From: Candidatus Spongiisociaceae bacterium
Lineage (GTDB): Bacteria; Actinomycetota; Acidimicrobiia; Spongiisociales; Spongiisociaceae
Length of the DNA: 64,000 nt
Direction of reading: 5' to 3'
Assembly (NCBI GenBank): GCA_965202665.1
Contig: OZ241841.1
Span: 672,001-736,000, forward strand
In this document: one piece after another, positions 1-9,585 of the stretch
How the letters are laid out: every line of letters begins with the position of its first letter
How positions within the stretch are numbered: the first letter of the stretch is position 1
The notes under the pieces: generated by a model
Databases searched by the model: none
The model's input: the letters and a program-made list of their open reading frames with translations, nothing else
What the model was told of the DNA's origin: nothing
Position numbers and translations under genes: made by a program

Positions 1-724
1 CCGCCACCAGGGTGAAAAACACCAGAACCGGGGTGGCGATGTTGAGGGACACATGCCGCAGCAGAATGCGAATTTCCGAGGAACCCAGGGCCCGTTGCGC
101 CTGCACGTAGTCCTCCGACAGCTGATCCAAAACCGAAGCCCGCACGAACCGGGCCAGGATGGGCGAATAGACCACCGCCAGCACCATCATCAGGGTGGTC
201 AGGGACGGCTCGAAAGCGGCCGACACCACCACCGCCAGGATCACCGCCGGGAAGGCGAACTGGATGTCCATCAGGCGCATCAGCACATCGTTGATCCATT
301 TGCGGCGGGGGCGATGGGCGGAAGCCGCGGCCGCCATCCCGATGATCCCGCCGATGAGCAGGGCCAGCAACGGGGCCAGAACCGCCACCAAAGCCGACAC
401 CCGGGTGCCGAAAATGACCCGGGAGAAAATGTCCCGGCCCGCCTCGTCGGAACCCATGATATGCGACGGCCAGTCGGGGCCGGTGTTGGGCAGGGTCAAG
501 CCCACCTCCAGCGGATCGTAGGGGGCGAACAGGGGGGCCAAAACCGCCACCAGCACTGCGAAAACTATCCAGACCAGGGCGATTTTGGCCCGAATGGGGA
601 AACTCCTCCAAGAAAGGCGCCCTCCGGCGGAGGCCTGCATGGCCGTCTCGATGGAGCGGGGGCCGAACCGGAAGCCGGGCGGACGGCGGCGGGAGGGGCC
701 GGAGGGCGGCGGCTTACTGCTCAC
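1..724 (-). CDS. Peptide/nickel ABC transporter permease (DppC/OppC-like), runs off the window edge
   Basis: Manual translation of the minus strand gives APLFAPYDPL...HIMGSDEAGRDIFSRVIFGTRVS, the typical DppC N-terminus; GTG at 724 overlaps the upstream permease stop. Confidence 0.85.
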   Translation of the reverse strand, partial: MSSKPPPSGPSRRRPPGFRFGPRSIETAMQASAGGRLSWRSFPIRAKIALVWIVFAVLVAVLAPLFAPYDPLEVGLTLPNTGPDWPSHIMGSDEAGRDIFSRVIFGTRVSALVAVLAPLLALLIGGIIGMAAAASAHRPRRKWINDVLMRLMDIQFAFPAVILAVVVSAAFEPSLTTLMMVLAVVYSPILARFVRASVLDQLSEDYVQAQRALGSSEIRILLRHVSLNIATPVLVFFTLVA

Positions 725-1667
725 GGGCGCTCGGCTTGAAGATTACGAAAGCTATGTCGGCCACCAGGTTGGCGAAAATGAACATCAGGGCGGCGATCAG
801 GGCCACCCCGATGATGGCCGCGAAATCGCCGGTGCTGGCCGAAGTGATCATCAGCAAACCCAGCCCGGGCAGGTTGAAAACCAACTCCACCAGCACCGCC
901 CCGCCCAGCAGATACCCGGCCTGTATGCCCAGCACCGTCAGCGGGGCCACCAAGGCGTTGCGCAACACGTTGCGCCGCACCACCGTCCGGTCCCGCAGGC
1001 CCAGCCCGCGGGCGGTGCGCACGTAGTCTTTGTCCAGTTCGTCCAGCACCGAGGAACGCACCACCCGGGTCAGAAAACCCCCCACCGGCAGGCCGATGGA
1101 CAGGCAGGGCAGAACCAGCGATTTCATCCACCCCAGCGGATCATCGGAAAAATAGACCCACCCGCCGGCGGGCAACCATCGAAAACGCAGGGCCAGCAAC
1201 TGGATCAGCAACAGGGCCAGCCAGAACACCGGCATGGCCAAAGCGGCGAAGGTGACGGTCCGCACCGCCGCGTCCCACCAGGTTCCCGCGTAGTAGGCGG
1301 AGGTCACCCCCAGTATGAAGGCGATAAGCATCCCCAGCCCCAAGGAGACGAAGGCGATGGTGAGCGTCACCCCGATCCGTTCACCCAGGATTTCCCGCAC
1401 CGGGCGTTTGCCGAACACGCTCACCCCCAACTCGCCCTGGGCCAAGTCGCCCACATAGGAGACGTAGCGGACCGGAAAGGGGTCGTCCAGCGCGAACTCT
1501 TCAGCCAACTGCTCCCGGGCTTCTTCGCTGGCGTACAGGCCCAAAGCGGCGTAGCGCGGATCCAGGGGGGACAGGTCCAGCATCAGGAACAGGTAGAGCG
1601 TGATGCCCAAAACGACCGGGATGACCTGCAGGAAGCGGCGCAGGACAATCCGGCCCACATCTCCCAT
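714..1667 (-). CDS. Peptide/nickel ABC transporter permease (DppB/OppB-like)
   Basis: DYVRTARGLGL...RNVLRNAL (EAA-type loop), GAVLVELVFNLPGLG, multiple TM segments. Confidence 0.92.
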   Translation of the reverse strand: MGDVGRIVLRRFLQVIPVVLGITLYLFLMLDLSPLDPRYAALGLYASEEAREQLAEEFALDDPFPVRYVSYVGDLAQGELGVSVFGKRPVREILGERIGVTLTIAFVSLGLGMLIAFILGVTSAYYAGTWWDAAVRTVTFAALAMPVFWLALLLIQLLALRFRWLPAGGWVYFSDDPLGWMKSLVLPCLSIGLPVGGFLTRVVRSSVLDELDKDYVRTARGLGLRDRTVVRRNVLRNALVAPLTVLGIQAGYLLGGAVLVELVFNLPGLGLLMITSASTGDFAAIIGVALIAALMFIFANLVADIAFVIFKPSAREQ

Positions 1668-1759
1668 CAGGTCACTCCCGCCTCGCCCCGGCTGCGGCCG
1701 GTGCGGCTAGCTACGTTGTTCAGTCACCGGTCGGGCGCCCGGCCCGACCGGGCGGACCT

Positions 1760-3406
1760 TTACATCCCGGAGGGAGTCACTCCGAACAGGGTCACCCCCA
1801 AGGTTTGCGGCATCTGGTAACCGGCCACCGACTTGTTCCAGCCGTGCGCCAAAGGCTGGAACAGGATGGGCGCCGAGCCCGCCTCCTCCAGCAGGATCTC
1901 GTTGGCCATGGCGTACTGGCGGTTCTGTTCGTCGAAATCGGAGGCGGCCAGCGCGTTGTCCAAATGCTCGGTCAACTTGGGTACGCCCGGAGTGGCGAAG
2001 TTGGCCAGGTCGGCCAGCCCGCTCCACCAGCCGCGGAACAGCATGTCCGGGTCGAAGCTGAACACTTCGAAGCCGATGGTGGCGACCCAGGCGTCGTAGT
2101 TGGCCGGTTCTATGTCGGAAGCCCAGCGGGCGTCGATGGAGTCCACCAGCAACCGGGGGGCGAACCCGCCTTCCTTCATCTGTGAGGCGAACAGCGGGGC
2201 CTGCGGGTTGACGTAGGCCCATTCCACGATGCCCAACTCGAAGTCCAAGGGGGTTTCCACCCCCGCCTCGGCCAGCAACGCCAAAGACCGCTCCGGATCG
2301 AAGTTGTACTGGATGGAGGGTTCTATGAACCGGTCCGACTCGGGCGGCAGGGGGGAGCGGGCGATGCGGCCCTCCCCTTGCAGGCCAATGTCGATCAGCT
2401 GCTGGGCGTTGATGGAGTACATGGCCGCCTGTCGCACCAGCTGATTGTCGAACGGGGGACGGGTGGTGTTGAACATGATGATCTCTAAAAAGGAGGTCTC
2501 CCGGGCGATGCCCAACTCCACGTTGGGCGAATCCTCCACCGCCCGGTACAACTGCGGGGAGATGCCGTCGAATATCTGCACCTGCCCCGCCTCGCACTGG
2601 GCGAACCGGGTCTGCAACTCCGGTATCCCCTGGTAGGTGATGTTCACCGCCGCCAGCGGCTGCGGCCCCTCGTAGCCGTCGTAACGGCGGAAGGAGTTGA
2701 CGTCGTTGGCGAAGGGGGCGTCCACCATCATGGAACCGGAGGACGGCACCGGGTTGGTGGAGTACGCCTCCCCGCCCACGTCCAGCCACACCGACTTGGG
2801 CACCGTCTTGATGGCCGACATCCGCTGGAACAGCACATCCTCGGGCACCGCCTGGTTGAGGTTGATCCGCAACATGTCATCGGCCACCACGTCGATGGAT
2901 TCGATGAACGTGATGTACTGGGTGAAAGGCGACCCGAACCCTTCGGTGCGCAACCGTTCGTAGGCGAAGGCCATGTCTTCGGCGGTGATGGGGGTGCCGT
3001 CGGTGAAGGTGCGGTCGGTGCGCACCCGGACCGTGTAAGTGCGGTCGTCCACCTTCTGCGGCATTTCCGCGGCCAGCCCCGGAATCAGGGAGCGGTTGGG
3101 CAACTTGATCAGCAAACCCTCCATCATATGCTGGCCGGTGGCCAGGGCGGCGGCCGTGGTTTTGTTGGAGTCCAAGGAGTTCCAAGTCCCGACTAAAGCC
3201 AGGGTGATGCTGTCGAACTCCGAGGGCGCGGCGGCCGTGGTGGTGGTCGCCTCCGTAGCCGCGGTGGTGGTTGCGGGCGCGGAGGTAGTGGTAGCGGGAG
3301 CGGGGTCGTCCGACCCGCAGGCGGCCAGGACGGTCGGCGCCACCGCCGACGCCCCCAGCACCAACCCGCTCTTCTTCAAGAATTCCCGACGGTCCATGTT
3401 CTTCAT
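1760..3406 (-). CDS. ABC substrate-binding lipoprotein, family 5, Tat-exported
   Basis: RREFLK twin-arginine signal, LAAC lipobox, Thr/Ala-rich linker, PGLA...TFTDGTPITAED and PPFDN..VRQA family-5 motifs. Confidence 0.92.
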   Translation of the reverse strand: MKNMDRREFLKKSGLVLGASAVAPTVLAACGSDDPAPATTTSAPATTTAATEATTTTAAAPSEFDSITLALVGTWNSLDSNKTTAAALATGQHMMEGLLIKLPNRSLIPGLAAEMPQKVDDRTYTVRVRTDRTFTDGTPITAEDMAFAYERLRTEGFGSPFTQYITFIESIDVVADDMLRINLNQAVPEDVLFQRMSAIKTVPKSVWLDVGGEAYSTNPVPSSGSMMVDAPFANDVNSFRRYDGYEGPQPLAAVNITYQGIPELQTRFAQCEAGQVQIFDGISPQLYRAVEDSPNVELGIARETSFLEIIMFNTTRPPFDNQLVRQAAMYSINAQQLIDIGLQGEGRIARSPLPPESDRFIEPSIQYNFDPERSLALLAEAGVETPLDFELGIVEWAYVNPQAPLFASQMKEGGFAPRLLVDSIDARWASDIEPANYDAWVATIGFEVFSFDPDMLFRGWWSGLADLANFATPGVPKLTEHLDNALAASDFDEQNRQYAMANEILLEEAGSAPILFQPLAHGWNKSVAGYQMPQTLGVTLFGVTPSGM

Positions 3407-3474
3407 TGCGTGCCTCCTTCAGTCAAACACAATGCTCCCCGTATGCTACCCGCGTCGCCGGGCGAGCGCAAATA

Positions 3475-3543
3475 GTATACGGTATACATTCCCCATCTTA
3501 GCGCTCGCAACCGCCCGGCGCCGCCGGTCGGCGAACTATAGTT
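3475..3543. promoter_or_regulatory. Divergent promoter region with candidate operator palindromes
   Basis: GTATAC-G-GTATAC at 3475-3487 and perfect palindrome AACTATAGTT at 3534-3543, between divergent genes. Confidence 0.4.
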
Positions 3544-3583
3544 TGGGGGGATGTTGCGAAAAGAATCCAACCGGTAACCGGCA

Positions 3584-4936
3584 ATGGCCGCTCCCCTGCT
3601 CGATCCTCCTTCCTCCCATGTCATCCCTTTGGAGTTGGGACGGGACTATCCGACGGTGGTTTCCGGGCGGGGGGCCTGGGTGGAGGACGCAACCGGCAAG
3701 CGCTATTTGGACGCCATGAGCGGCGGCTCCATGGCCGCCACCTTGGGGCACGGGCGCCGCGACCTGCTGGAAACGGTCCGCCGTTCGGCCAAGACGGCCC
3801 CTTTCGTCAACAACGAATGGCTGACCAACCCCTGGCAGGAGGAGCTGGCCGTCCGGCTGACCGAAGTCGCCCCGCCCGGTTTCACCCGGGTGCGGTTCGT
3901 CACCGGCGGGGCGGAAGGCAACGAGACGGCGGTGCGCATCGCCCGGCAGTACCACGTGGAGCGGGGCGAGCCGGAACGATGGCAGGTCATCTCCCCCGCC
4001 CAGTCCTACCACGGGCCCACCATGCAAACCCTGGCCCTGACCGGCCGCCCCGGACTGCAGGGCTCCTTCGCCCCCTATCTGGGGGAGCACCTGCACATCC
4101 CGCCCTCCACCCCCCGCTTCGGCGAGGACGGCTGGGCGGCCCTGGATGAACTGGACCGGGTGCTGGAACGGGCCGGGCCGGAAACCGTTTCCCTGTTTTT
4201 CTGCGAGCCGGTGAGCGCCGCCGCCCTGCCCGCCTACTCCCCCCCGCAGGCCTTTTGGGAAGGCTTGGCGGAGCGGCGGGAACGGCACGGCTTCCTCATC
4301 GGGTTCGACGAGGTGGTGACCGGGATGGGCAGAACCGGGGACTGGTTCGCCGCGGGCCGCTTGCCGCTGGTTCCGGACATCATCGTCTCCGCCAAAGGCC
4401 TGGGCGCCGGATACGCCGCCCTGGGGGCGGTGCTGTGCCGCAGCGGCGTTTACCAAGCTTTCGCGGCCGGTTCGGGATGCTTCACCCTGGGCCACACCTG
4501 GGACGGGGCGCCGCTGTCCTGCGCGGTGGGCCTGGCGGTGGTCGACGTCCTCCGCGAAGAAGGATGGATCGAACATGTGGCCCGCCGGGGGCCGCAGTTG
4601 CGCGAGCAACTGGAGTCGGCCCTGTCCGGAATTGACATGGTGGGGCGGGTGCGGGGGGTCGGATACCTGCTGGGGGTGGAATACGCCGACCCGCGGGACG
4701 GGGTATCGTTTTTGCCCCGGGAACTGAAGGTAGCGGCGCGGGTGGACCGGCAATGCGATGACAACGGACTGCTAGTTCTCAGCACGCAGCCCACCGGGGA
4801 CGGGATGGCGGGCGACCAAAGCCTGTTCGCCCCCCCGTTCGTCACCCCCGAATCCGACTTGGAGGAAATGGTGGAACGTTTCGCCCGCTCGGTGCGGCGG
4901 GTAGCCGAACAGGTGGGCGGGGAGGGGGGGCTGTGA
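3584..4936 (+). CDS. Class III PLP aminotransferase
   Basis: GKRYLDA, SYHG, FDEVVTGMGRTG, PDIIVSAKGL (PLP lysine), GHT. Confidence 0.92.
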   Translation: MAAPLLDPPSSHVIPLELGRDYPTVVSGRGAWVEDATGKRYLDAMSGGSMAATLGHGRRDLLETVRRSAKTAPFVNNEWLTNPWQEELAVRLTEVAPPGFTRVRFVTGGAEGNETAVRIARQYHVERGEPERWQVISPAQSYHGPTMQTLALTGRPGLQGSFAPYLGEHLHIPPSTPRFGEDGWAALDELDRVLERAGPETVSLFFCEPVSAAALPAYSPPQAFWEGLAERRERHGFLIGFDEVVTGMGRTGDWFAAGRLPLVPDIIVSAKGLGAGYAALGAVLCRSGVYQAFAAGSGCFTLGHTWDGAPLSCAVGLAVVDVLREEGWIEHVARRGPQLREQLESALSGIDMVGRVRGVGYLLGVEYADPRDGVSFLPRELKVAARVDRQCDDNGLLVLSTQPTGDGMAGDQSLFAPPFVTPESDLEEMVERFARSVRRVAEQVGGEGGL

Positions 4937-5649
4937 ACGGCTCCGCCCCGCGGGCGCTGATCATCCAGCACGAGGAGCCCACTCCGCCCGGTTTCGCCGG
5001 GGAGTGGATGGCCGAACGCGGGTTTGAAATCGACCTGCACCGCATCGACGTAGAGGAGCGGCCGGTGGCGGCGGGCGACTACCGACTGCTGGTCTCGCTT
5101 GGTTCCGAATTCGCCGCCTTCGATGATTCCCTTCCCTGGCTCAGCCGGGAAATGGACATCATGCAGTCGGCGTTGGAAAAGGACGTTCCCATCCTCGGCC
5201 TCTGTTTCGGGGGCCAACTTTTGGCCCGGGTACTGGGCTCCCATTGCTATCGCGGGGAGGTATGCGAGGTGGGATGGCTGACCGTTGAAACCCGCGACCC
5301 GCAACTGGTGCCCGCCGGGCCGTGGTTCCAATGGCATTTCGACACTTTCACCCCGCCCCCCTCGGCCGAGGTGGCGGCCCGCACCGAAATGGGCCCACAG
5401 GCTTTTACCTACGGGCGCCATATGGGACTGCAATTCCATCCCGAAGTCACCCCGGCCATCATGGAAAGATGGGTGGAGGCCTACCCGCACGAGTTGGAGG
5501 AGGTGGGGGTGAATCCGGCGGCGTTGCTGGCGGAAACCCGGCGCCGGGCGGAGGCCGCCCAAGCCCGTAGCCGGATTCTTTTGGAAAGTTACGCGAAGAT
5601 GGCGGAACTGCCCGCCCGTCCCGCCGCCGACGACGGAGGCGGAGAATGA
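4933..5649 (+). CDS. Class I glutamine amidotransferase-like protein (possible gamma-glutamyl-amide hydrolase)
   Basis: PILGLCFGGQ nucleophile elbow and QFHPE motif (Cys-His-Glu triad). Confidence 0.9.
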   Translation: MNGSAPRALIIQHEEPTPPGFAGEWMAERGFEIDLHRIDVEERPVAAGDYRLLVSLGSEFAAFDDSLPWLSREMDIMQSALEKDVPILGLCFGGQLLARVLGSHCYRGEVCEVGWLTVETRDPQLVPAGPWFQWHFDTFTPPPSAEVAARTEMGPQAFTYGRHMGLQFHPEVTPAIMERWVEAYPHELEEVGVNPAALLAETRRRAEAAQARSRILLESYAKMAELPARPAADDGGGE

Positions 5650-6998
5650 CGGGGGCGCCCTCCGCCGACTCCCGGGTTTTCCCCCGCTACGCCGACTTCG
5701 CCTACCCGAGCGTTGCGGGCGGGCGGGGGGTGTGGCTGGAAACCGTCGACGGACGGCGCATTTTGGACGCCTGCTCGGGGGGGGTGATGACCGCCGGCCT
5801 GGGCTACGGGGTGGAGGCGATCCCGGATTCCGCCTTCGGCTACATGGGCGACATCGCCTACATGTACAACCACTTTTTCACCAACCGGCCCGCCGAGCAA
5901 CTGGCCCGCCGCCTAGTGGAGGTGGCGGCCCCGGAGATGGGACGGGTGCGGTTCGTCACCGGCGGGTCGGAGGCCAACGAAACGGCCCTGCGCATCGCCC
6001 GGCAATACCATGTGGACCGCGGCCAACCGGAAAGGTGGCGGGTGATTTCCCCCGCCCAGGCCTATCACGGGGCCACGATGGGAACCTTGGCCCTGACCGG
6101 CCGCCCCGCCCTGCAAGAACCTTTCGCCCCCTACCTGGCCCGGCATCATCATCTGCCGCCCGCCACCCCCCGCTTCGACCCCACCGGGCGGGCGGCTTTG
6201 GACGCGTTGGATGAAATCCTGGACCGGGTCGGGCCGGAAACGGTGTCCGCCTTTTTCTGCGAGCCGGTCAGCGCCGCCTCCCTACCCGCCTACTCCCCCC
6301 CGGACCTGTTCTGGGAGGGCCTGGCGGAACGGCGGGAGCGGCACGGGTTTCTGGTCTGTTTCGACGAGGTGGTGACCGGGATGGGGCGCACCGGAAGCTG
6401 GTTCGCCTACCAGGGCCTGCCCATCGTCCCCGACCTGGTGGCGGCCGGGAAAATGATGGGCGCGGGATACGCCCCGTTGGCGGCCGTCCTGTGCCGGGAG
6501 GAAATCTACCAAGCGATCGCGGCCGGCTCCGGGGACTTGGATCTGGGACACACTTGGGACGGGGCGCCGCTGGTGTGCGCGGTGGGCATGGCGGTGCTGG
6601 ACTTCATTCTGGAGCACGGCCTGGTAAACCGGGTGGAGCAACTGGGGCCCGGCCTGGCGCAGGAGCTGGAGGCGGCGGTGGGCGGCCTGTCCATTACCGG
6701 CGAAGTGCGGGGCCGCGGTTTCCTGCTGGGCGTGGAATACGTGGACCCCCGGGACGGCTCCTCCATCCCGCCCGACGAATGGAACCTGGCCCGGATGATC
6801 ACCGAAACGGCCTTGGAAAACGATCTGCTGGTCAACTCGTCGCATCCCAACCGGGACGGATGGGCCGGGGACCAGACTTTGCTGGCCCCCGCCTTCACGG
6901 CCAGCCGGGCCGAGCTGACGGAGATGATAGAACGGTTTGCGGCGGTAGCGGCAGCCGTCGACGCCCATGTCCGCCGGATGCCGGCGGGCGGCGGATAA
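5646..6998 (+). CDS. Class III PLP aminotransferase, close paralogue of 3584-4936
   Basis: FDEVVTGMGRTG, AGKMMGAGY; long near-identical blocks shared with the first copy. Confidence 0.92.
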   Translation: MTGAPSADSRVFPRYADFAYPSVAGGRGVWLETVDGRRILDACSGGVMTAGLGYGVEAIPDSAFGYMGDIAYMYNHFFTNRPAEQLARRLVEVAAPEMGRVRFVTGGSEANETALRIARQYHVDRGQPERWRVISPAQAYHGATMGTLALTGRPALQEPFAPYLARHHHLPPATPRFDPTGRAALDALDEILDRVGPETVSAFFCEPVSAASLPAYSPPDLFWEGLAERRERHGFLVCFDEVVTGMGRTGSWFAYQGLPIVPDLVAAGKMMGAGYAPLAAVLCREEIYQAIAAGSGDLDLGHTWDGAPLVCAVGMAVLDFILEHGLVNRVEQLGPGLAQELEAAVGGLSITGEVRGRGFLLGVEYVDPRDGSSIPPDEWNLARMITETALENDLLVNSSHPNRDGWAGDQTLLAPAFTASRAELTEMIERFAAVAAAVDAHVRRMPAGGG

Positions 6999-7024
6999 AC
7001 AGAAAGCCGAGAGGAGCGGAGGGC

Positions 7025-8341
7025 ATGGAGACGGACGGGAGGACGCGCCGGGAGACGCATCGGGATGAAGGCTTCGTGCTGTTGGGAATGCCGGACATCA
7101 ACGGCTCCATCCGGGGCAAGGCCCTGCGCCCGGAGGCCTTCCAAAAAGCGGCGGAAGGGGGGACGGTGATGACCGACCTGTGGCTGGGTCTGGACCCGGT
7201 AGACGCCCCCATCACCGACTACCGGGAGTTTGGAATAAACACCGGGGCCCCCGACCTGTTGCTGACCCCCGACACCGGAACCTTGCACGAGCTGAGCTGG
7301 CGGCCGGGTTGGAAAATCTGCCTGGCCGACGCCGCCTGGCCGGACGGCTCCCCTTGCCGCCTGGCCGGACGGGAAGCGCTGCGGGAGGCGCTGGAGGACA
7401 TGTCGCAACTGGACTGCGAGGTTTTGGCCGGGTTTGAATACGAGATCCGCCTGCGGGACCGGGAGGGCCGGCCCCTGTCGTCCGGCATAAGCTACAGCCT
7501 GGACGAAGTGGGACGATTCGACCGGTTCCTGGCCCGATTGGTTCCGGCCCTGGAAGGCTTGGGGGTGCAACTGGAGGCGGCGCACACCGAAGCCGGACCG
7601 GGGCTTTTGGAGTTGAACGTGGCCGCCGAGGGGGGAATGCGGGCCGCCGACCAAGCCGCCCTGGCCAAGTTCGCAGTCAAAAACATAGCCGCCCAGCTGG
7701 GCCTGACCGCCAGTTTCCTGGCCAAAACGGAACCTTCGGAGGAGGGTTCCAGCGGCCACACCCACCTTTCGCTGTGGCGACAGGCGGTCAACGTCTTCGC
7801 CTCCCCGGATGATGGACAACCGGTCTCCCCGGAGTGCCGGTGGGCCATCGACGGGATTTTGCGGCACATGCCCGCCGCTTCGTTGCTGCTCAATCCGACC
7901 ATCAACTCCTACAAGCGGCTGGTGCCCGGTTTCTTCGCCCCGGTCAACGTCAGTTGGGGTTACGAAAACCGGTCGGCGGCGGTGCGGGCCATCCCCGGGA
8001 CCGGCCCGAAACGCACCCGTCTGGAATGCCGCCGCCCGGGGGCGGACGCCAACCCTTATCTGGTCCTGGCGGCCCTGGTGAGGGCGGCCGCCCTCGGCCT
8101 GCGGCGCCGAGCCGAGCCCCCGCCCCCGGAGGAGCGGGACGTCTCGGAACGGGCCGACCTGCCCCCCCTGCCCAATTCCCTGGAAGAGGCCCTGCGCCGT
8201 TTCCAAGAGGATGGGGAGTTTCGGGCCGCCCTGGGGGAAGAGTTCTGCGCCTACTACGAGGTTTCCCGTCGTTGGGAGCTGTCCGCCTGGCAACGGGCGG
8301 TAAGCGACTGGGAGAGGGAGCGCTACATCCGCGCGGTGTGA
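7025..8341 (+). CDS. Glutamine synthetase family protein (gamma-glutamyl-amine ligase-like)
   Basis: DINGSIRGK, EYE, GSSGHTHLS, NSYKRL, WGYENRS, RLECRRPGADANPYL; ATG 7025 follows GGAGGG. Confidence 0.9.
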   Translation: METDGRTRRETHRDEGFVLLGMPDINGSIRGKALRPEAFQKAAEGGTVMTDLWLGLDPVDAPITDYREFGINTGAPDLLLTPDTGTLHELSWRPGWKICLADAAWPDGSPCRLAGREALREALEDMSQLDCEVLAGFEYEIRLRDREGRPLSSGISYSLDEVGRFDRFLARLVPALEGLGVQLEAAHTEAGPGLLELNVAAEGGMRAADQAALAKFAVKNIAAQLGLTASFLAKTEPSEEGSSGHTHLSLWRQAVNVFASPDDGQPVSPECRWAIDGILRHMPAASLLLNPTINSYKRLVPGFFAPVNVSWGYENRSAAVRAIPGTGPKRTRLECRRPGADANPYLVLAALVRAAALGLRRRAEPPPPEERDVSERADLPPLPNSLEEALRRFQEDGEFRAALGEEFCAYYEVSRRWELSAWQRAVSDWERERYIRAV

Positions 8342-8356
8342 AAACCGGGCGGGGGC

Positions 8357-9508
8357 CTACCAGCTGTCGTAGGCGTCCACCGGCCAGATGTCCACCAGCC
8401 GGTCGCCGCTCACCACGTGGTAGAAGCGGTAGAGCACCGCCGTTTGGTAGCAGTGGGGCGGGATCAACTCCACCGTATCCCCCACCGCCATCCGCTGGGC
8501 CGGGTCGGCGAAGGTGATCCGCCCCATATCGTCGCCCACCAGGGTGTAGACGGCCCCCGGCGGGGCCCCGGAGAAAATTTCGGGGGCGTCGATGCCGAAA
8601 ATGGCGTCCGTTTCTTTGATGCCGGCGTCGGTGATGACGAACCCCGGCTGGGCGTCGCTGATGACCGTGCTGCGCACCAGCAGGGCGTGCCCGAAAGGAT
8701 GGGGGTCGTCGCGCCGCATCTCCACCCGCCGGTAGTTCACGTCCATGAACACGTAGGTGCCGGCCTGCACTTCGGTCAGCAACCCCAGTTCGGGGTCGAT
8801 GTCGTGGGTGCCGGTGCCGCCCCCGGAAACGATTTCGGGCTCCAACCCGGCCTGGCGCAACCGCTCCACCGTCTCCGCCAACGGGCGCAGGATTTTCAAC
8901 CCGGCCTCCCGGCGGGCCGCAAAGTCGGCCATGTTCATATGGACGCCGTTGTATCCCTGCACCCCGGCGTATTCCAATCCGGGGGTTTCGGCCGTCAACC
9001 GGGCCAACTCCACCGCCGCCTCCGGGTCGGCCAATCCGGTGCGTCCCGCCCCCGCTTCCACATCCACCAGCACCCGCAACGGGTTCCCCGACCGGCGGGC
9101 CGCCTCCCCCAGCTGGAGGACGTTGGCGGCGTGATCGGAGGCCACCAGCATATCCCCGGTGCGGGCGTTCAAGGCGGCCAACCGTTCCAGTTTGGGGGGC
9201 GTCACCACGGAGGTGAACAGCATTATGTCGCGGAAACCCCCGTCGGCCATCGCCTCCGCTTCGGCGACGGTGGAGCAGCACGGCCCCAAGCCCCCGGCCT
9301 CCACCTGGCGGCGGGTGACCTCCGCCGACTTGTGAATTTTGGCCACCGGCCGCACCCGGTAGCCGTGGACCCGGGCGTGTTCGGCCAGCGAGGCGATGTT
9401 GGCTTCCATAACGTCCAGATCCAGCACCAAGGCGGGGGTTCCCAGCTGATGGCGGGAACCGGGACGGCCGATCAGCCCCTCGTTCGGTCCCCGGTCGCCC
9501 ATTGTCAT
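8357..9508 (-). CDS. Fold-III PLP enzyme, D-threonine aldolase / D-serine dehydratase (DSD1)-like
   Basis: TPALVLDLD..EANI, RPVAKIHKS, SGGGTGT, EVQAGTYVFMD, PPHC; ATG 9508 follows GAGGAGG. Confidence 0.85.
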   Translation of the reverse strand: MTMGDRGPNEGLIGRPGSRHQLGTPALVLDLDVMEANIASLAEHARVHGYRVRPVAKIHKSAEVTRRQVEAGGLGPCCSTVAEAEAMADGGFRDIMLFTSVVTPPKLERLAALNARTGDMLVASDHAANVLQLGEAARRSGNPLRVLVDVEAGAGRTGLADPEAAVELARLTAETPGLEYAGVQGYNGVHMNMADFAARREAGLKILRPLAETVERLRQAGLEPEIVSGGGTGTHDIDPELGLLTEVQAGTYVFMDVNYRRVEMRRDDPHPFGHALLVRSTVISDAQPGFVITDAGIKETDAIFGIDAPEIFSGAPPGAVYTLVGDDMGRITFADPAQRMAVGDTVELIPPHCYQTAVLYRFYHVVSGDRLVDIWPVDAYDSW

Positions 9509-9585
9509 CACCGCCTCCTCCCGCAGGTCCGCCCCCACCCTACCCGCTAAGCTGGCGGGCGGAGCAGTCAAAGGCGGGGAGGCAA

